Source of the DNA: an uncultured Gammaproteobacteria bacterium
Lineage (GTDB): Bacteria > Patescibacteriota > Patescibacteriia > XYB2-FULL-38-15
Direction: 5' to 3'
DNA: 64,000 nucleotides
Assembly: GCA_965231095.1 (NCBI GenBank)
Contig: OZ246416.1
Coordinates: 741,595-805,594, forward strand
Shown: one piece after another, positions 10,105-21,197 of the stretch
Position numbering within the stretch: the stretch's first letter is position 1
How the letters are laid out: each line of letters starts with the position of its first letter
Position numbers and translations under genes: made by a program
Notes under the pieces: model-generated
Seen by the model: the letters and a program-made list of their open reading frames with translations, nothing else
The model's database searches: none
Told to the model about the DNA's origin: nothing

Positions 10105-11139
10105 CTATTCGGCAGTCTCAGTATTTTCCGCCACGGCCTCGGAGGCGTCCATAACTTTTTTTCTGATTTCCGCCATGAGTTTTGGGTTTTCTTTCAAAAA
10201 TCTCTTCGCTGTTTCTCGGCCGACGCCAAGTTTTGTTTCGCCGTAATTATAGGAATTTCCGCTTTTGTTTATTACCTTGTAAACCACGGAGGTATCAAGC
10301 AAATCGCCGGAAAGAGAAATTCCTTCGTTGTACATAATATCAAATTCACAAAATCTGAAAGGTGGGGCAACTTTATTTTTTACAATTTTTGCCTTAACGC
10401 GATTGCCAATAATTTGGTCACCCTGTTTGATTTGCGCCGCTCGCCGCACTTCTACGCGCACTGATGAGTAAAACTTTAGCGCGGTCCCGCCAGTTGTCGT
10501 TTCCGGATTGCCAAAAACAATCCCGATTTTATGCCGAATCTGATTGATAAAAATTAGGACAGTTTTTGTTTTAGAAATTATGCCAGTCAGCTTACGCAAA
10601 GCCTGAGACATCAATCTCGCTTGTAGCCCCATATGAGAGTCGCCCATCTCTCCCTCAATTTCCGCTTTCGGCACAAGCGCCGCAACCGAATCCACGACAA
10701 TGACGTCAACTCCGCCCGAGCGAACCAGCGTTTCCACAATTTCTAATGCTTGTTCTCCGGTGTCTGGCTGGGAAATTAAGAGCTCGTCGATGTTCACGCC
10801 AATTTTTGTCGCGTATTCCGGATCAAGGGCGTGTTCAGCATCAACAAAAGCCGCGATGCCTCCTACTTTTTGGAGCTCGGCGATAACATGCTGGGCTAAA
10901 GTGGTTTTGCCGCTGGCTTCCGGGCCAAAAATTTCAATAATTCTTCCTCGAGGCATCCCGCCAATTCCTAAAGCCAGGTCAAGGGAAAGGCATCCGGAGG
11001 GAACGGATTCAACTTCCATTTTTTTTGCTTCCCCCAATTTCATTATTGAACCGTCGCCAAATCTTTCTTTTATTTGGCTGATTGCTTCTTCCGCCGCCTT
11101 GAATTTTTCTAAATTTTTTTCTTTGTTTTCTTTGGTCAT
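10105..11139 (-). CDS. recA: recombinase RecA
   Basis: [34 protein letters not shown]. Confidence 0.98.
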   Translation of the reverse strand: MTKENKEKNLEKFKAAEEAISQIKERFGDGSIMKLGEAKKMEVESVPSGCLSLDLALGIGGMPRGRIIEIFGPEASGKTTLAQHVIAELQKVGGIAAFVDAEHALDPEYATKIGVNIDELLISQPDTGEQALEIVETLVRSGGVDVIVVDSVAALVPKAEIEGEMGDSHMGLQARLMSQALRKLTGIISKTKTVLIFINQIRHKIGIVFGNPETTTGGTALKFYSSVRVEVRRAAQIKQGDQIIGNRVKAKIVKNKVAPPFRFCEFDIMYNEGISLSGDLLDTSVVYKVINKSGNSYNYGETKLGVGRETAKRFLKENPKLMAEIRKKVMDASEAVAENTETAE

Positions 11140-11159
11140 ATTTTTATGGTTTATTTAAA

Positions 11160-11819
11160 TTATTTTAAAATAACTTGCCGATAGATGATGTTTTCTCGAC
11201 TGCGTTTTTTGGCCGCAGAGACTTTAATAATATTTAAACCACTTTTGAGACTGATTACTTCATTAAAATTTCCCGCCGCGTCGGTTTGGATTGCCTGGTC
11301 ATTTATTTTAACATTTACTTCTTTTTCCGTGTAGCCGGCGATTGTGATTGTCGGGTTTTCGGTTGTTAAATTATTTTCCGGGGCGGAGAGAAAAAGGTCC
11401 GGCGGAGAAAAGATGTTATTTATTTCAAAACCAAGATAAGTAAGAAGGGCAAGGACAAAAAGGGCGGCAACGGCGATTTCAATTAGGCGGGGTGTAACCA
11501 AGAATTTTTTGGGAGAGATTTTTTGAAGAAAAGTATTTTTTCCCCCGCGCCCCTCCGCCAAATTTTCTTTTTCAAAAAGTTTTTTTAATCCGCCGAGATC
11601 TAAATTTAAAAAATCAGCATAGACTTCCAAAATTTTTTCAGAATAAACTCCGCCGGGAAGATTTACATAATCTCCCTCCTCAAGAGCGGCCAGCTGCTTC
11701 GCGTGAATATGAGTTTTGTCCGCCGCTTCCCGGAGAGTGAGATTTTGTTCCCGACGGGTTAGAGAAAGAATTTCACCAACAGATTTATTTTTTATTTGAG
11801 TAGTGGAAAATTTATACAT
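11160..11819 (-). CDS. RodZ-like HTH-TM-Ig protein
   Basis: N-terminal XRE-type HTH (LAALEEG), single TM, Ig-like C-terminus; downstream of ftsK. Confidence 0.7.
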   Translation of the reverse strand: MYKFSTTQIKNKSVGEILSLTRREQNLTLREAADKTHIHAKQLAALEEGDYVNLPGGVYSEKILEVYADFLNLDLGGLKKLFEKENLAEGRGGKNTFLQKISPKKFLVTPRLIEIAVAALFVLALLTYLGFEINNIFSPPDLFLSAPENNLTTENPTITIAGYTEKEVNVKINDQAIQTDAAGNFNEVISLKSGLNIIKVSAAKKRSRENIIYRQVILK

Positions 11820-14031
11820 TTTCTTCGGAGTCCTCTTCCTCCGGAGGGTCATCGCTAAAATTATTTTGTTGCGGAGTAGGCACCCCGGCGATTAAAATAT
11901 CGCGCGGTTTCGCGCCGTCTGACGGGCCGATTATTCCTTGTTCTTCCATAAGGTCAAGAAGCCGCGCGGCTCTGGCGTAGCCAACTTTTAACCGGCGCTG
12001 AAGGAGAGAAGCGGAAGCCTTGCCGGCCTGGACAATTACTTCTTTGGCGTCGGAAAGCAACTCGTCGTCAGAGTCATTCCCCAGGTCAAGGCCGGGGACA
12101 GAAATACCAAAGGCCGGCTTTTGCGTAACTTCTTCAAGGTATTCCGGGTCACCTTCATTTTTTAAACAATCAATAACTTTTTTAATTTCATGATCGCGAA
12201 CGAGCGCGCCTTGCAGCCGTTTTGGTTTACCAAGATCCGGGCAGGTGTAAAGCATGTCGCCGCGGCCAAGAAGTTTTTCCGCGCCGGAAGTGTCCAAGAT
12301 TGTTCGCGAATCCATATTGGAAGCCACGGCGAAAGCAATGCGCGTCGTGATATTGGCTTTAATCAAACCGGTGATGATATTAACCGACGGCCGCTGCGTT
12401 GCCAAAATTAAATGAATGCCGACAGCGCGCGCCATTTGTGCCAAACGAATAATCGCGGCCTCAACTTCCGCGGCAGCTACGGCCATCAAGTCAGCCAATT
12501 CATCAATAATTAAAACAAGATACGGCATCTTTTCGCCGGTCTCGCTATTGAAAGCTCCGATGTCGCGTTTGCCGTGTTTGGATAATAATTCAAAGCGGCG
12601 ATCCATTTCTCCGATTACCCATTTTAGGGCGTTTACGGTTTTGACTGTGTCGGTAATAACCGGCGTTAAAAGGTGCGGGATACCATTATAAACCGTAAAT
12701 TCCACACGTTTTGGATCAACCATAATTAAGCGCAAATCATCCGGGCTGTTTTGATAAAGTAAACTGATAATCACGGCGTTTAAGCAGACGCTTTTACCGG
12801 AACCGGTTGAGCCGGCAACTAATAAGTGGGGCATTTTTCCCAAATCAGAAACCCAAACTTTTCCGGAAACATCTTTCCCGAGCGCGACCGTAAGATTTGT
12901 TTTTCTTTGTTTAAATTCTTGCGCCCGCAAAATTTCTTTCAGATTAACCGCCGCAACTTTTTGGTTTGGCACTTCAATGCCAACTAAAGATTTTCCCGGA
13001 ATCGGTGCTTCAATTCTGATCGGATGGGCGGCGAGAGCCAAAGACAAATCATTATGAAGATTTGTAATTTTGGAAAGCTTTACGCCGTCGGCCGGTTTTA
13101 AAGTATATTGCGTCACCGTCGGCCCAACGGAAACGTCGCTCATCTCCACCATAATACCAAAATTCTCCAAAGTTTTTTGGATAATATTCATCTGGGTTTT
13201 TATGTCGCCGCTTGTCGGTTTTTCCGATTGGTCGTCCAGGAGATCAAGAGGCAAATCAATTTTTTTCCGCTCGGTCTTAACAACGATCGGGCTCCCTCCC
13301 GGCAAGAGTCCCGCCTCCGCTTCGCTTGGCACACTTTTATTTTCAAAAGAGGGAGTTGTTGCGGCTGGTGTTTCCGGTAATTCTTTGACGGGTTCATTCC
13401 CTTCTTCAGCGGGAGCTTCTTCTTGTGCTTTTCCGCTAAATTTCATACCCAAAAAGAAGAGCTTAATATTTTGATAAATTTTTTTCCAGAAGTTTCCTTT
13501 TTCAGCGATAGTGTGGAGAGAAGTATTAAAAGTTAAAAGGATTGAAGAAATAAAAATGGCAAAAATAATTAGAATAGTGGCGACCTGTCCCAAAGAAATC
13601 AAAAGAGGATAAGAAAGAATTAATCCCAAATAACCACCGCCGCTCCGAAGGCTGGCAAAAGAAAACGGGTCATCATAGGAAAATCCAAGATGGAGGAGGC
13701 TTTCGATGGAGAGAATTAAAAAGAAAAGTCCGACGTAATTTGACGCGCCAAGTTCGTATTTCTCTCCGTTTAAAATAATATATCCCAGAGCGAGAAAAAC
13801 GATTGGAATCACAAAGCGGCCCAAACCGAAAAAGGAAGACAGAGTGTTATCCAAGTGCTCTCCGGCGCCGCCGGCCAAATTGAAAAGACTTAAAATGCTG
13901 ATTCCGGCCAGGGCGAAAAGAAAAATGATTACAATTCCCCGTTTTGTGTCGGGATTGATTTTTCCGTTACTTCTCCGGCCATTTTTTCTTCCCTCATTTT
14001 TTTCTTCTTTTGAGTATTTTATTTTTGGCAT
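11812..14031 (-). CDS. ftsK: DNA translocase FtsK/SpoIIIE
   Basis: N-terminal TMs, AGSTGSGKS, IDELADLM, ATQRPS, gamma domain LQRRLKVGYARAARL. Confidence 0.96.
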   Translation of the reverse strand: MPKIKYSKEEKNEGRKNGRRSNGKINPDTKRGIVIIFLFALAGISILSLFNLAGGAGEHLDNTLSSFFGLGRFVIPIVFLALGYIILNGEKYELGASNYVGLFFLILSIESLLHLGFSYDDPFSFASLRSGGGYLGLILSYPLLISLGQVATILIIFAIFISSILLTFNTSLHTIAEKGNFWKKIYQNIKLFFLGMKFSGKAQEEAPAEEGNEPVKELPETPAATTPSFENKSVPSEAEAGLLPGGSPIVVKTERKKIDLPLDLLDDQSEKPTSGDIKTQMNIIQKTLENFGIMVEMSDVSVGPTVTQYTLKPADGVKLSKITNLHNDLSLALAAHPIRIEAPIPGKSLVGIEVPNQKVAAVNLKEILRAQEFKQRKTNLTVALGKDVSGKVWVSDLGKMPHLLVAGSTGSGKSVCLNAVIISLLYQNSPDDLRLIMVDPKRVEFTVYNGIPHLLTPVITDTVKTVNALKWVIGEMDRRFELLSKHGKRDIGAFNSETGEKMPYLVLIIDELADLMAVAAAEVEAAIIRLAQMARAVGIHLILATQRPSVNIITGLIKANITTRIAFAVASNMDSRTILDTSGAEKLLGRGDMLYTCPDLGKPKRLQGALVRDHEIKKVIDCLKNEGDPEYLEEVTQKPAFGISVPGLDLGNDSDDELLSDAKEVIVQAGKASASLLQRRLKVGYARAARLLDLMEEQGIIGPSDGAKPRDILIAGVPTPQQNNFSDDPPEEEDSEENV

Positions 14032-14173
14032 ACCCCCTAAATAAATGATAATTTGTTCTTAAATTATAGTATTATTTAGGTAAAAAGTAAATCCCCACGC
14101 CGATATGTTGGTGTGGGGATAAATCCCGATCGTCAAGGTCTTGACAAGGGGAAAAATTTCCTTTAAAGTAACA

Positions 14174-14332
14174 AAAAATAGCAGAGAAAGAACTGGAGGC
14201 AGTGAGCTTGGCTTAGTCTCGCAAAACTGCGGGACGCCAGACTCGGGATTGGTTAAAGTGAAAAATTGAGTGTGCACCCGATTTTTACTATTCCAATCCT
14301 TCCCGACCCCCATTTCTCTTTCTGCTATTTTT
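14174..14332 (+). ncRNA. structured sRNA candidate (6S-like overall fold)
   Basis: Terminal inverted repeat AAAAATAGCAGA/TCTGCTATTTTT, apical stem GGATTGG/CCAATCC, upstream TTGACA near 14141. Confidence 0.35.
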
Positions 14333-14459
14333 CGTTTAATGTTAGCATTTTTTAAGTACTAACATCTAATCATACCATAAAATTATAATTTTGTCAATAC
14401 TCATTGACAAAACCGCCCGGGAAGGCGGTTTTTGGTTTGTTTTAGATTTAATTTTTCTG

Positions 14460-16076
14460 TTATTGATTTTTTACTCTATAAATTGTCACTTCGCTATTTT
14501 GATAAACATTTTCCAGGTATTTATCGTCATTTGGATCAAAGTTGGCCGCGGATTTTTCTTCGGGCCCGAAAAAGAGGTAACTAATATTATGGAGTTTTAA
14601 AAAAGCAAACCTTTCTTCGGTGCGGAAGCTATGGAAAAATTTTTCCAGCCACCCGGCTTTTGTTGCCTGGTCGGCGGTTAGACTCCACTGGCCGGCATAA
14701 ACCGGCCGTAAAGAAATAGCCGGGATGAGATTGCCATTCGCCATGGAGGCCAAGACAACGTTTTCTTCGATTGATTTATTTTTTAACCAGGTCATTGCTT
14801 CGTTTTTATTTTTTGATAAATAGGCTGAATAAATTTGGGGAGGAGCGGAATAGTAAATCAAGTCGTCAATAATTAAGAAATAATTAGAAAGGCCAAAAAT
14901 AATAAAAACAAACCATAGTAAAATTTTTCGTTTATCAAAGTTTTTCTTAAAAATAGCGCTAGTGTCCATTAAATAAAATAAACCAATCGCCGCGAGTAGC
15001 GCCATTATAATTTGTAGCCCAGCCGTCATCCGGCGTTGAAAATTAACCGGAGCATAGATTAAAGTTATTTGGGCGAAAAACCAAGCGAGAAGAAAAAGTG
15101 ATTTTTCGGTTTTTTCTTTTTTAAGAAGAATATAAGCGCCAAAGCCGGCTGAAAGAAAAAGAAAGCCGTAACTTAATAATGTGATGCCAAGAGCGGGGGT
15201 GAGGCAGATGTTTTGCAGAGCAAACTGCTGGCGGGTCCAAAAATTTTTCAAAGTCCAGAGATGATAGATAATTGCCGGAAGGGAAAGCATCAATAAAATA
15301 AAATAGTGCTTCAAAACGTCCCAGCGGATTTTTTTATTTTTCAGACATAAAAATAGAAAGTATAATGTTAAAATTCCGGCGATGGTGGGCGCGTTGTATG
15401 GATGAAATTGAAAAAGAAAAAGTGTGGTAAGCCCGGCACTAAAACTATAATTTTTTTTATTTTTTTCAATTGCAAGAAGCGTCAAAAATAAAGTCGCGAT
15501 AAAAAGCGTGAGTGAAGCGATAAAATGCGGAGAATTATAGATTGTGGAAAAAGTAAAAGCTTCGGGAACCCAGAGGTCCATGGGTAAGGTTGAAGGGGCG
15601 GTAGAAAATAAATTAGAGATAAGCCAAACTACCCATCCGAAGCCCGAAGCAAAAATTAAAAAAAGAAAAGTTATTTTTCTTTTTTTCTCTTCTGTGAAAA
15701 AGTGGGAAATAAAAATATAGGAAACAGCCAAAAAAATTGGGATTAAAAATATTCTCGCGAGTTGGTAGACAACGGGCGCCGAGAGGGAAAATGATTTGGC
15801 GAAAAGACCGACGCCGAGCCAAAATGGATCAAAAATAAATCGTCCTTCGTCCTCGGAAGTATATAAATTTTTAAAAAGAAAATGCCCTTCTTTTGTTTGT
15901 TCAATCCAGGAGTAATAGACAGGAGTATCTATGTGGTCAACAAATTGTAAGCCGAGAAAAACGCTATCGTCGGGGGTAGAAAAAAATCCGAACAATATCG
16001 GGAGAGAGACGACGACAATTAACAGTAAACCCACTAATCCGACAAATTTCCATTCCTTAAAATTAATTTCGGGCAT
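14460..16076 (-). CDS. GT-C-like multi-TM glycosyltransferase
   Basis: Many TMs, D..VYYSWIEQ, PHF and HPY motifs, soluble C-terminal domain; in an operon with a GT2. Confidence 0.65.
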   Translation of the reverse strand: MPEINFKEWKFVGLVGLLLIVVVSLPILFGFFSTPDDSVFLGLQFVDHIDTPVYYSWIEQTKEGHFLFKNLYTSEDEGRFIFDPFWLGVGLFAKSFSLSAPVVYQLARIFLIPIFLAVSYIFISHFFTEEKKRKITFLFLIFASGFGWVVWLISNLFSTAPSTLPMDLWVPEAFTFSTIYNSPHFIASLTLFIATLFLTLLAIEKNKKNYSFSAGLTTLFLFQFHPYNAPTIAGILTLYFLFLCLKNKKIRWDVLKHYFILLMLSLPAIIYHLWTLKNFWTRQQFALQNICLTPALGITLLSYGFLFLSAGFGAYILLKKEKTEKSLFLLAWFFAQITLIYAPVNFQRRMTAGLQIIMALLAAIGLFYLMDTSAIFKKNFDKRKILLWFVFIIFGLSNYFLIIDDLIYYSAPPQIYSAYLSKNKNEAMTWLKNKSIEENVVLASMANGNLIPAISLRPVYAGQWSLTADQATKAGWLEKFFHSFRTEERFAFLKLHNISYLFFGPEEKSAANFDPNDDKYLENVYQNSEVTIYRVKNQ

Positions 16077-16782
16077 GGGATTTTTTTAGGCGCCAAATTT
16101 CTTTTAAATATCCAAGAGAAACTTTTAGAAAACTCACTCGGCTCCTACGGCCGATTTTTTTGTGTTCAGTCCAAATGACGGGGATTTCTTTCACGCGATA
16201 ATTTTGTTTTTCCGCCAACACTATCATTTCCGTGTCAAAAAACCATTCATTATTTTTTATTTGCGGCAGAATATTTTTAATGACTTTATAATTCACGGCT
16301 TTAAAACCGCAGGGTGCGTCTTTTATTTTTGAGCGCAGAGCCAGACGTAAAATAAAGCGGTATGCCCGAGAAATAAATTTTCGGAGTAATGATCTTTTAA
16401 CTTTAGAATCTTTGTGAAAACGCGCGCCGGCGGCGAGGTCGTAATTTTCCCGGCCAATCGCAGAAATTAAATCGGGCAAAGTAGAAAGATCGGTCGCTAA
16501 ATCCGCGTCCATAAAAACGTAAATGTCGGAGTTAACACTTTCCCAGGCGGCGCGGATGGCGCGGCCTTTTCCTTTTTGAGGAATATGTAAATATTTTATT
16601 CCCCCCAAACTTTTTTCCAGATCTTGTCCGATTTTTCCGGTTTGGTCAATGGAATTATTGTCGGCAATAATAATTTGCCAATCGTCAAAGATATTTTTTT
16701 TTAAGAAATCATAAAGTTTTATGGCGTTCTCCGCTAAAATTGATTCTTCGTTATAAACTGGAATGGCAATTAAAATTCTCAT
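16063..16782 (-). CDS. GT2 polyprenol-phosphate glycosyltransferase (Dpm1-like)
   Basis: IPVYNEE, DNNSID, GKGRA, FMDADL, CGFKA, WFFDTE. Confidence 0.9.
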   Translation of the reverse strand: MRILIAIPVYNEESILAENAIKLYDFLKKNIFDDWQIIIADNNSIDQTGKIGQDLEKSLGGIKYLHIPQKGKGRAIRAAWESVNSDIYVFMDADLATDLSTLPDLISAIGRENYDLAAGARFHKDSKVKRSLLRKFISRAYRFILRLALRSKIKDAPCGFKAVNYKVIKNILPQIKNNEWFFDTEMIVLAEKQNYRVKEIPVIWTEHKKIGRRSRVSFLKVSLGYLKEIWRLKKSHARN

Positions 16783-18425
16783 TATGGTATTAGTTTATAA
16801 ACTTTTCCCTCGTCATCTTTATAAACCATTGTAAAATGCCCGTCGCTTTTTAAATTATTTTCCAAGGCAACGTGATCTTTATCCACAAAAACATATTCGG
16901 AATGAAAATCATTTTTTACAATTTCGGAAATGTTCGGGCGTCGGCCGGTCGTAATATCAACCCAAACTTTATGCAGGTCTTTATCATAATCATACATAAA
17001 GGTTGGGTCAAGGCCGGCAATATAATAATTATGAGTATTATAATAGAAAAGCGCGGGAAAATCATCCCAGTCATTATGGAAAATAATTGCTCCTTCTGGG
17101 GTATTATTTTTTAACCATTCAGCCACGCCGCGGTATTTATAAATTGATCCACCAGAAAGATAAAGTTGTTTTATTGACCAAATATTTCTTCCAGCCGTAA
17201 AAGGTGTCATAAACAAAATATAAATAATAGCAAGACTCGAAAGAATTTTTCTTTTCTGCCGCCAAGCATTAATCGCAGGCAGATATTTTTTTATTAAAGA
17301 AAGGGGCTGGCTCAAAATAAAAGCGGAGGCAAGAGTAGCAAAGGGAATAAAGTATTCAACATTACGGCGGGAGCGTAAAGTTAGGGCGAGAAAAAAAAGT
17401 GCAAGAAAGGTAAGGGTAAGGGTCTTAACTTTCATTTCAGGATTTATTACAGAAGATTTTTCATGACTCGTAAAATTTTTAAGAAAATTTACAAAAACTA
17501 CGGCAAAAGAAAGAATCAGCAAAATAAAAATAAAAGAAGAGTTGGCGATAAGGTCGCCCAAACCGTACGGATACCACTCGGCTCCTACGCCGATTTTATT
17601 TTGGTAATTAATGACGGCGATTTTGATAATTTGCTGCCAATAAAAAGATAAATTTTTTGGAAAAAAGGGATTAATAATGAGACCGGCTAAAAGTCCTCCG
17701 AAACAGGCCGTGAAAAGTTTGATGTTGTCTTTTAAAAAAATATTCTTAAATAAATTTACAATTTCCAATTTCCAATTTTCAATCAATTCAATAATTTTGA
17801 CTTTTGACTTTTGACTTTTGACTTTCTGGCTATGGAAGAAAAGCGTTTTAATAAGTGAATCGCTAAAAATATAAAAAATTGTCAGTACTAAAATTAATGG
17901 CCAACCGCCGTAAGTCCAGACATAAATAAATGAAAGAACAAAAAGCGGCCAAAGTTTTCGGTGGAAAATAAAATAAAGTCCAAAGAGTAAAATGATGAGC
18001 GAAAGCGAAGAGGCTTTGGCCAGGTTTATCCTGAAAATAAGCGGGCTTGAAACGAGGAGAATCAGGGAATAAAAAATTGCGCCTTTGACGCGGAATTTTT
18101 TAAGAAACCAGTAAAAAGTTAAAATTAGGGCCGCGGCGGAAAGGGCGGTAAAAAGTTTTATCCCAACTAATGGATCAAAAAAAGTGACGAAAGGAACGAG
18201 GGTGGCGTGGTAGAGAAAATGGTGGTCGGCGAAATTATCTTTTAAAACGGTAAATTGCAGCCAAGGAAATTCCGTAGTGACTCCTTGGTCGCGAATTAAG
18301 ACTGCCATCTTCGCGTGGTAAAAAGAATCGGGGTCGGGGAAAGTCGGAGAAATTTGAAAGTACGAAAAAAGAGAAAACGCGACGATGAAAAGCAAAAGAT
18401 ATTTTAACAATTCTGTTTTTTTCAT
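16782..18425 (-). CDS. GT-C-like membrane protein
   Basis: DPDSFYH motif, multiple TMs, GLDPTFM motif. Confidence 0.65.
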   Translation of the reverse strand: MKKTELLKYLLLFIVAFSLFSYFQISPTFPDPDSFYHAKMAVLIRDQGVTTEFPWLQFTVLKDNFADHHFLYHATLVPFVTFFDPLVGIKLFTALSAAALILTFYWFLKKFRVKGAIFYSLILLVSSPLIFRINLAKASSLSLIILLFGLYFIFHRKLWPLFVLSFIYVWTYGGWPLILVLTIFYIFSDSLIKTLFFHSQKVKSQKSKVKIIELIENWKLEIVNLFKNIFLKDNIKLFTACFGGLLAGLIINPFFPKNLSFYWQQIIKIAVINYQNKIGVGAEWYPYGLGDLIANSSFIFILLILSFAVVFVNFLKNFTSHEKSSVINPEMKVKTLTLTFLALFFLALTLRSRRNVEYFIPFATLASAFILSQPLSLIKKYLPAINAWRQKRKILSSLAIIYILFMTPFTAGRNIWSIKQLYLSGGSIYKYRGVAEWLKNNTPEGAIIFHNDWDDFPALFYYNTHNYYIAGLDPTFMYDYDKDLHKVWVDITTGRRPNISEIVKNDFHSEYVFVDKDHVALENNLKSDGHFTMVYKDDEGKVYKLIP

Positions 18426-18457
18426 CGGTCAGTTTCCTCCTTTAAAATCTTTTATGT

Positions 18458-19480
18458 TTAGCCGAGTTGTTTTTTAAAAAAATCAACCCAGGGGACGGGG
18501 GAGGGATCTAAATTATAATCCATTGCCAGATAAAAACTGGCGTAATTGCCGAAGAGTAAGGTTTCTATTGATTGCTGGAATTTTGTTTTGGTTTTGGGCC
18601 GGTATTCAATAAAATCAATTTTATTCTTTCGCAAAACTTCTTTTAAAATTTGATATCTTTTTTGGTTTCGCGGATGGTAAAGGTTGGAATTTATAAGAAT
18701 GAATTTTAAATTTTTATTGGCGGCCGGATTTTTCAGGCCCTCCATCAAATGGTGGTTTAATTCAGGAAGTTCAAAGTAAGTCGCGAAACATTTAGCGTTT
18801 TCATTGATTTGATTTGTAAACACATGAGCGTTGCCAATCAAAAATTCCGAAGCAACGATGACAGGGATTTTATTTTTTAATTCTTCCGCGAAAGTTTTGG
18901 CCGTGCCGTCTTCGTGATTTAGGAGAATAATGGCTTGATTAATTTCTTTCTCTTCAATTTTCAAGAGGCCGCACTTTGCCAGGAGGCCGAGTTGTCCGAA
19001 GATCGAATATCCCAGACCCATGCGAGGCTGGTTTGACGGATTATAAGTTGGTTTGAAAATATAGGCTGGGTATTTGTTGTCGCGCAAAAATTTTTCCAAC
19101 TTTCCGCCAGCAGCCAGGCCTAAAATTCTCGCTTTTCTTTTTTTACCTTCAGTGGCAGCGGCTAAAGTTTCTTCCGTGTTGCCCGAGTAACTGGAAAGAA
19201 TCAGAAGGGTTTTTGGCCCGACATAAGCGGGCAGAGTATAGCCTCGAACAATTTCCACAGGCAGCTTTAATTTATCAGCGAAAAGAAATTGGATAAAATG
19301 TCCGCCCAGGGCCGAGCCGCCCATTCCGGAAACGACAATATTTTCCACGCCGCGGTAACTGGCAGGAATTTTTATTTTTTTAACGTCTCGCCACGCCTCG
19401 GCGCATTGTTTACCCAAAAGTTTAATTGACCCGAGGAGATTTGATTTGTCTAATTTTTTGATTTGTTGTTGGGAAATCAT
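18458..19480 (-). CDS. bifunctional phosphoglucose/phosphomannose isomerase (SIS domain)
   Basis: GMGGSALG, SYSGNTEETL, QPR, NENAK, PELNHH. Confidence 0.9.
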   Translation of the reverse strand: MISQQQIKKLDKSNLLGSIKLLGKQCAEAWRDVKKIKIPASYRGVENIVVSGMGGSALGGHFIQFLFADKLKLPVEIVRGYTLPAYVGPKTLLILSSYSGNTEETLAAATEGKKRKARILGLAAGGKLEKFLRDNKYPAYIFKPTYNPSNQPRMGLGYSIFGQLGLLAKCGLLKIEEKEINQAIILLNHEDGTAKTFAEELKNKIPVIVASEFLIGNAHVFTNQINENAKCFATYFELPELNHHLMEGLKNPAANKNLKFILINSNLYHPRNQKRYQILKEVLRKNKIDFIEYRPKTKTKFQQSIETLLFGNYASFYLAMDYNLDPSPVPWVDFFKKQLG

Positions 19481-19573
19481 GTTTGCAAAGTCATTATTTA
19501 TTTATCTATTTTAACACTTTTATGACAAATAAAAAAGCCCGGCCGGACGGCTGGGCAAAAATGCGGCGTTTGG

Positions 19574-20839
19574 TTATTTATTAAGTAATTTTTTTCGCCG
19601 GAGAAGCTTATGATACCTAATGGCAAAACGGTGGGCTTCGTCGCGGACGTGGAGAAAAATATCTTTGTGCAATTCGGCGACGCGAATGAGTTCCGGATTT
19701 TGAGGATCAACGAGCAGGCGATCTTGTTTTCGATCAAAACCCTTGGCGACGCCGAGCACGGGGATTTTTATTTTTTTCTCGTCTAAAATTTTTTGCACGG
19801 CATTGATTTGTCCCCAGCCGCCGTCGACGAGAATTAAATTTGGAAGTGACCAATTGGAGTGCACCAGTCGGCGCGTCATTATTTCTTTCATCATGCCGAC
19901 GTCATTCGGTGTAGTAAGGGTTTTGATGCGGAATTTTCTATATTCATTTTTAGCTGGTTTGCCTTCGTTAAAAACAACCATACTGCCCGTGGCGGAGGTG
20001 CCGCTGATATTTGAAATATCATAACCCTCAATCCGGCCAAAAATATTAATGTTTTTCTTTTCGCTGTTAACCGTTAATTGTTTACTGTCAACTGTTAATA
20101 CTGCGACGTCTTGAATATGCTCCAAGGAAAAAATTTGGTTGCGGAGCCGCGCCGCTGTTTCAAAATCTTCCTCGCGGCTGGCGGCAGTCATTTCTTTTTT
20201 TAAATTTTTTATAATTTTTTCTTTTTTCCCTTCGAAAAACAAAATCAAATTGCGAATCAAGCGGCGATAATCTTTTTGTGAAATTAAATCAGCGCAAGGT
20301 GCCGGACATTGTTTTAGATGATAATGCAAACACGGCCGTTTCGGCGTTGAGACGCAATCGCGGAAAGGGAAAATTCTCCGGCGTAAAATATCCAGCGCGG
20401 CGCGGAGCGATGAAGCGCTTGTGTATGGTCCGAAAAGCTTGATAATCTGTTTTTTTTCTTTCGGTGTCATCCGTTTTAATTCCAAACCGCGTAGCAAAAA
20501 GATTCTCGGAAATTTTTCGCGCGTGAAAGCCACATAAAGGAATGACCTGTCATCTTTTTCTTTAACATTATATTTTGGTAGATATTTTTTTATGAGATTG
20601 GCTTCTAAAATAAGCGCTTCAATCACGGTGGGAGTTTTTTTATAATCAATGTCAGAAATTTCCGTGACCAAGTTTTCCAGGCGTCGGTCGTGGGGCCGCG
20701 TAAAATAACTTCCGACGCGATCGCGGAGCGAAGTGGCTTTCCCGACATAAATAATTTTACCCGCGGCGTTTTTCATTAAATATACGCCCGGGGTTTTGGG
20801 AAATTTTTTAATTTTATTTTTTATCAGCATTTGATTCAT
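19574..20839 (-). CDS. uvrC: excinuclease ABC subunit C (short form)
   Basis: GIY-YIG (PGVY, IYVGKA), UVR domain, IEGYDISN, VDGG, RDEAHRFA. Confidence 0.92.
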   Translation of the reverse strand: MNQMLIKNKIKKFPKTPGVYLMKNAAGKIIYVGKATSLRDRVGSYFTRPHDRRLENLVTEISDIDYKKTPTVIEALILEANLIKKYLPKYNVKEKDDRSFLYVAFTREKFPRIFLLRGLELKRMTPKEKKQIIKLFGPYTSASSLRAALDILRRRIFPFRDCVSTPKRPCLHYHLKQCPAPCADLISQKDYRRLIRNLILFFEGKKEKIIKNLKKEMTAASREEDFETAARLRNQIFSLEHIQDVAVLTVDSKQLTVNSEKKNINIFGRIEGYDISNISGTSATGSMVVFNEGKPAKNEYRKFRIKTLTTPNDVGMMKEIMTRRLVHSNWSLPNLILVDGGWGQINAVQKILDEKKIKIPVLGVAKGFDRKQDRLLVDPQNPELIRVAELHKDIFLHVRDEAHRFAIRYHKLLRRKKLLNK

Positions 20840-20897
20840 ACGGTTGACAGTTTGGGGGACTTTGTTTTAAGATAAATTTGCGAAGGGAGGGTGACGC

Positions 20898-21161
20898 ATG
20901 AAAATCGTCCTCATCAAGAGGAGCTGGCTAGGGGGATGGGTTCTTTCCCTCTACGACCTCGGTGCGAGCAAATACGTTGGAAACGAATTATTCATCCTGC
21001 CAGGGAACGATGATCTCGTCGCGAAGCAGCTCACGGCAGTTCTCGGCGAATTCGGTAAGGACGCCAGGGTTGTCGGCATCATGGATACTCTCAAGGAACT
21101 CTGTGCGAGATACGGCGTTGCCGTGAATCCGAAATGGAGAACTCACCGTGTTCCGAAGTAG
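20898..21161 (+). CDS. hypothetical protein (solo cassette between uvrC and uvrA)
   Basis: TTGACA at 20844, GGAGG RBS, ATG, antisense to the uvr genes. Confidence 0.55.
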   Translation: MKIVLIKRSWLGGWVLSLYDLGASKYVGNELFILPGNDDLVAKQLTAVLGEFGKDARVVGIMDTLKELCARYGVAVNPKWRTHRVPK

Positions 21162-21197
21162 GGGGGCGGTACAAACGGTTACAAGAAATTGTGGCCG

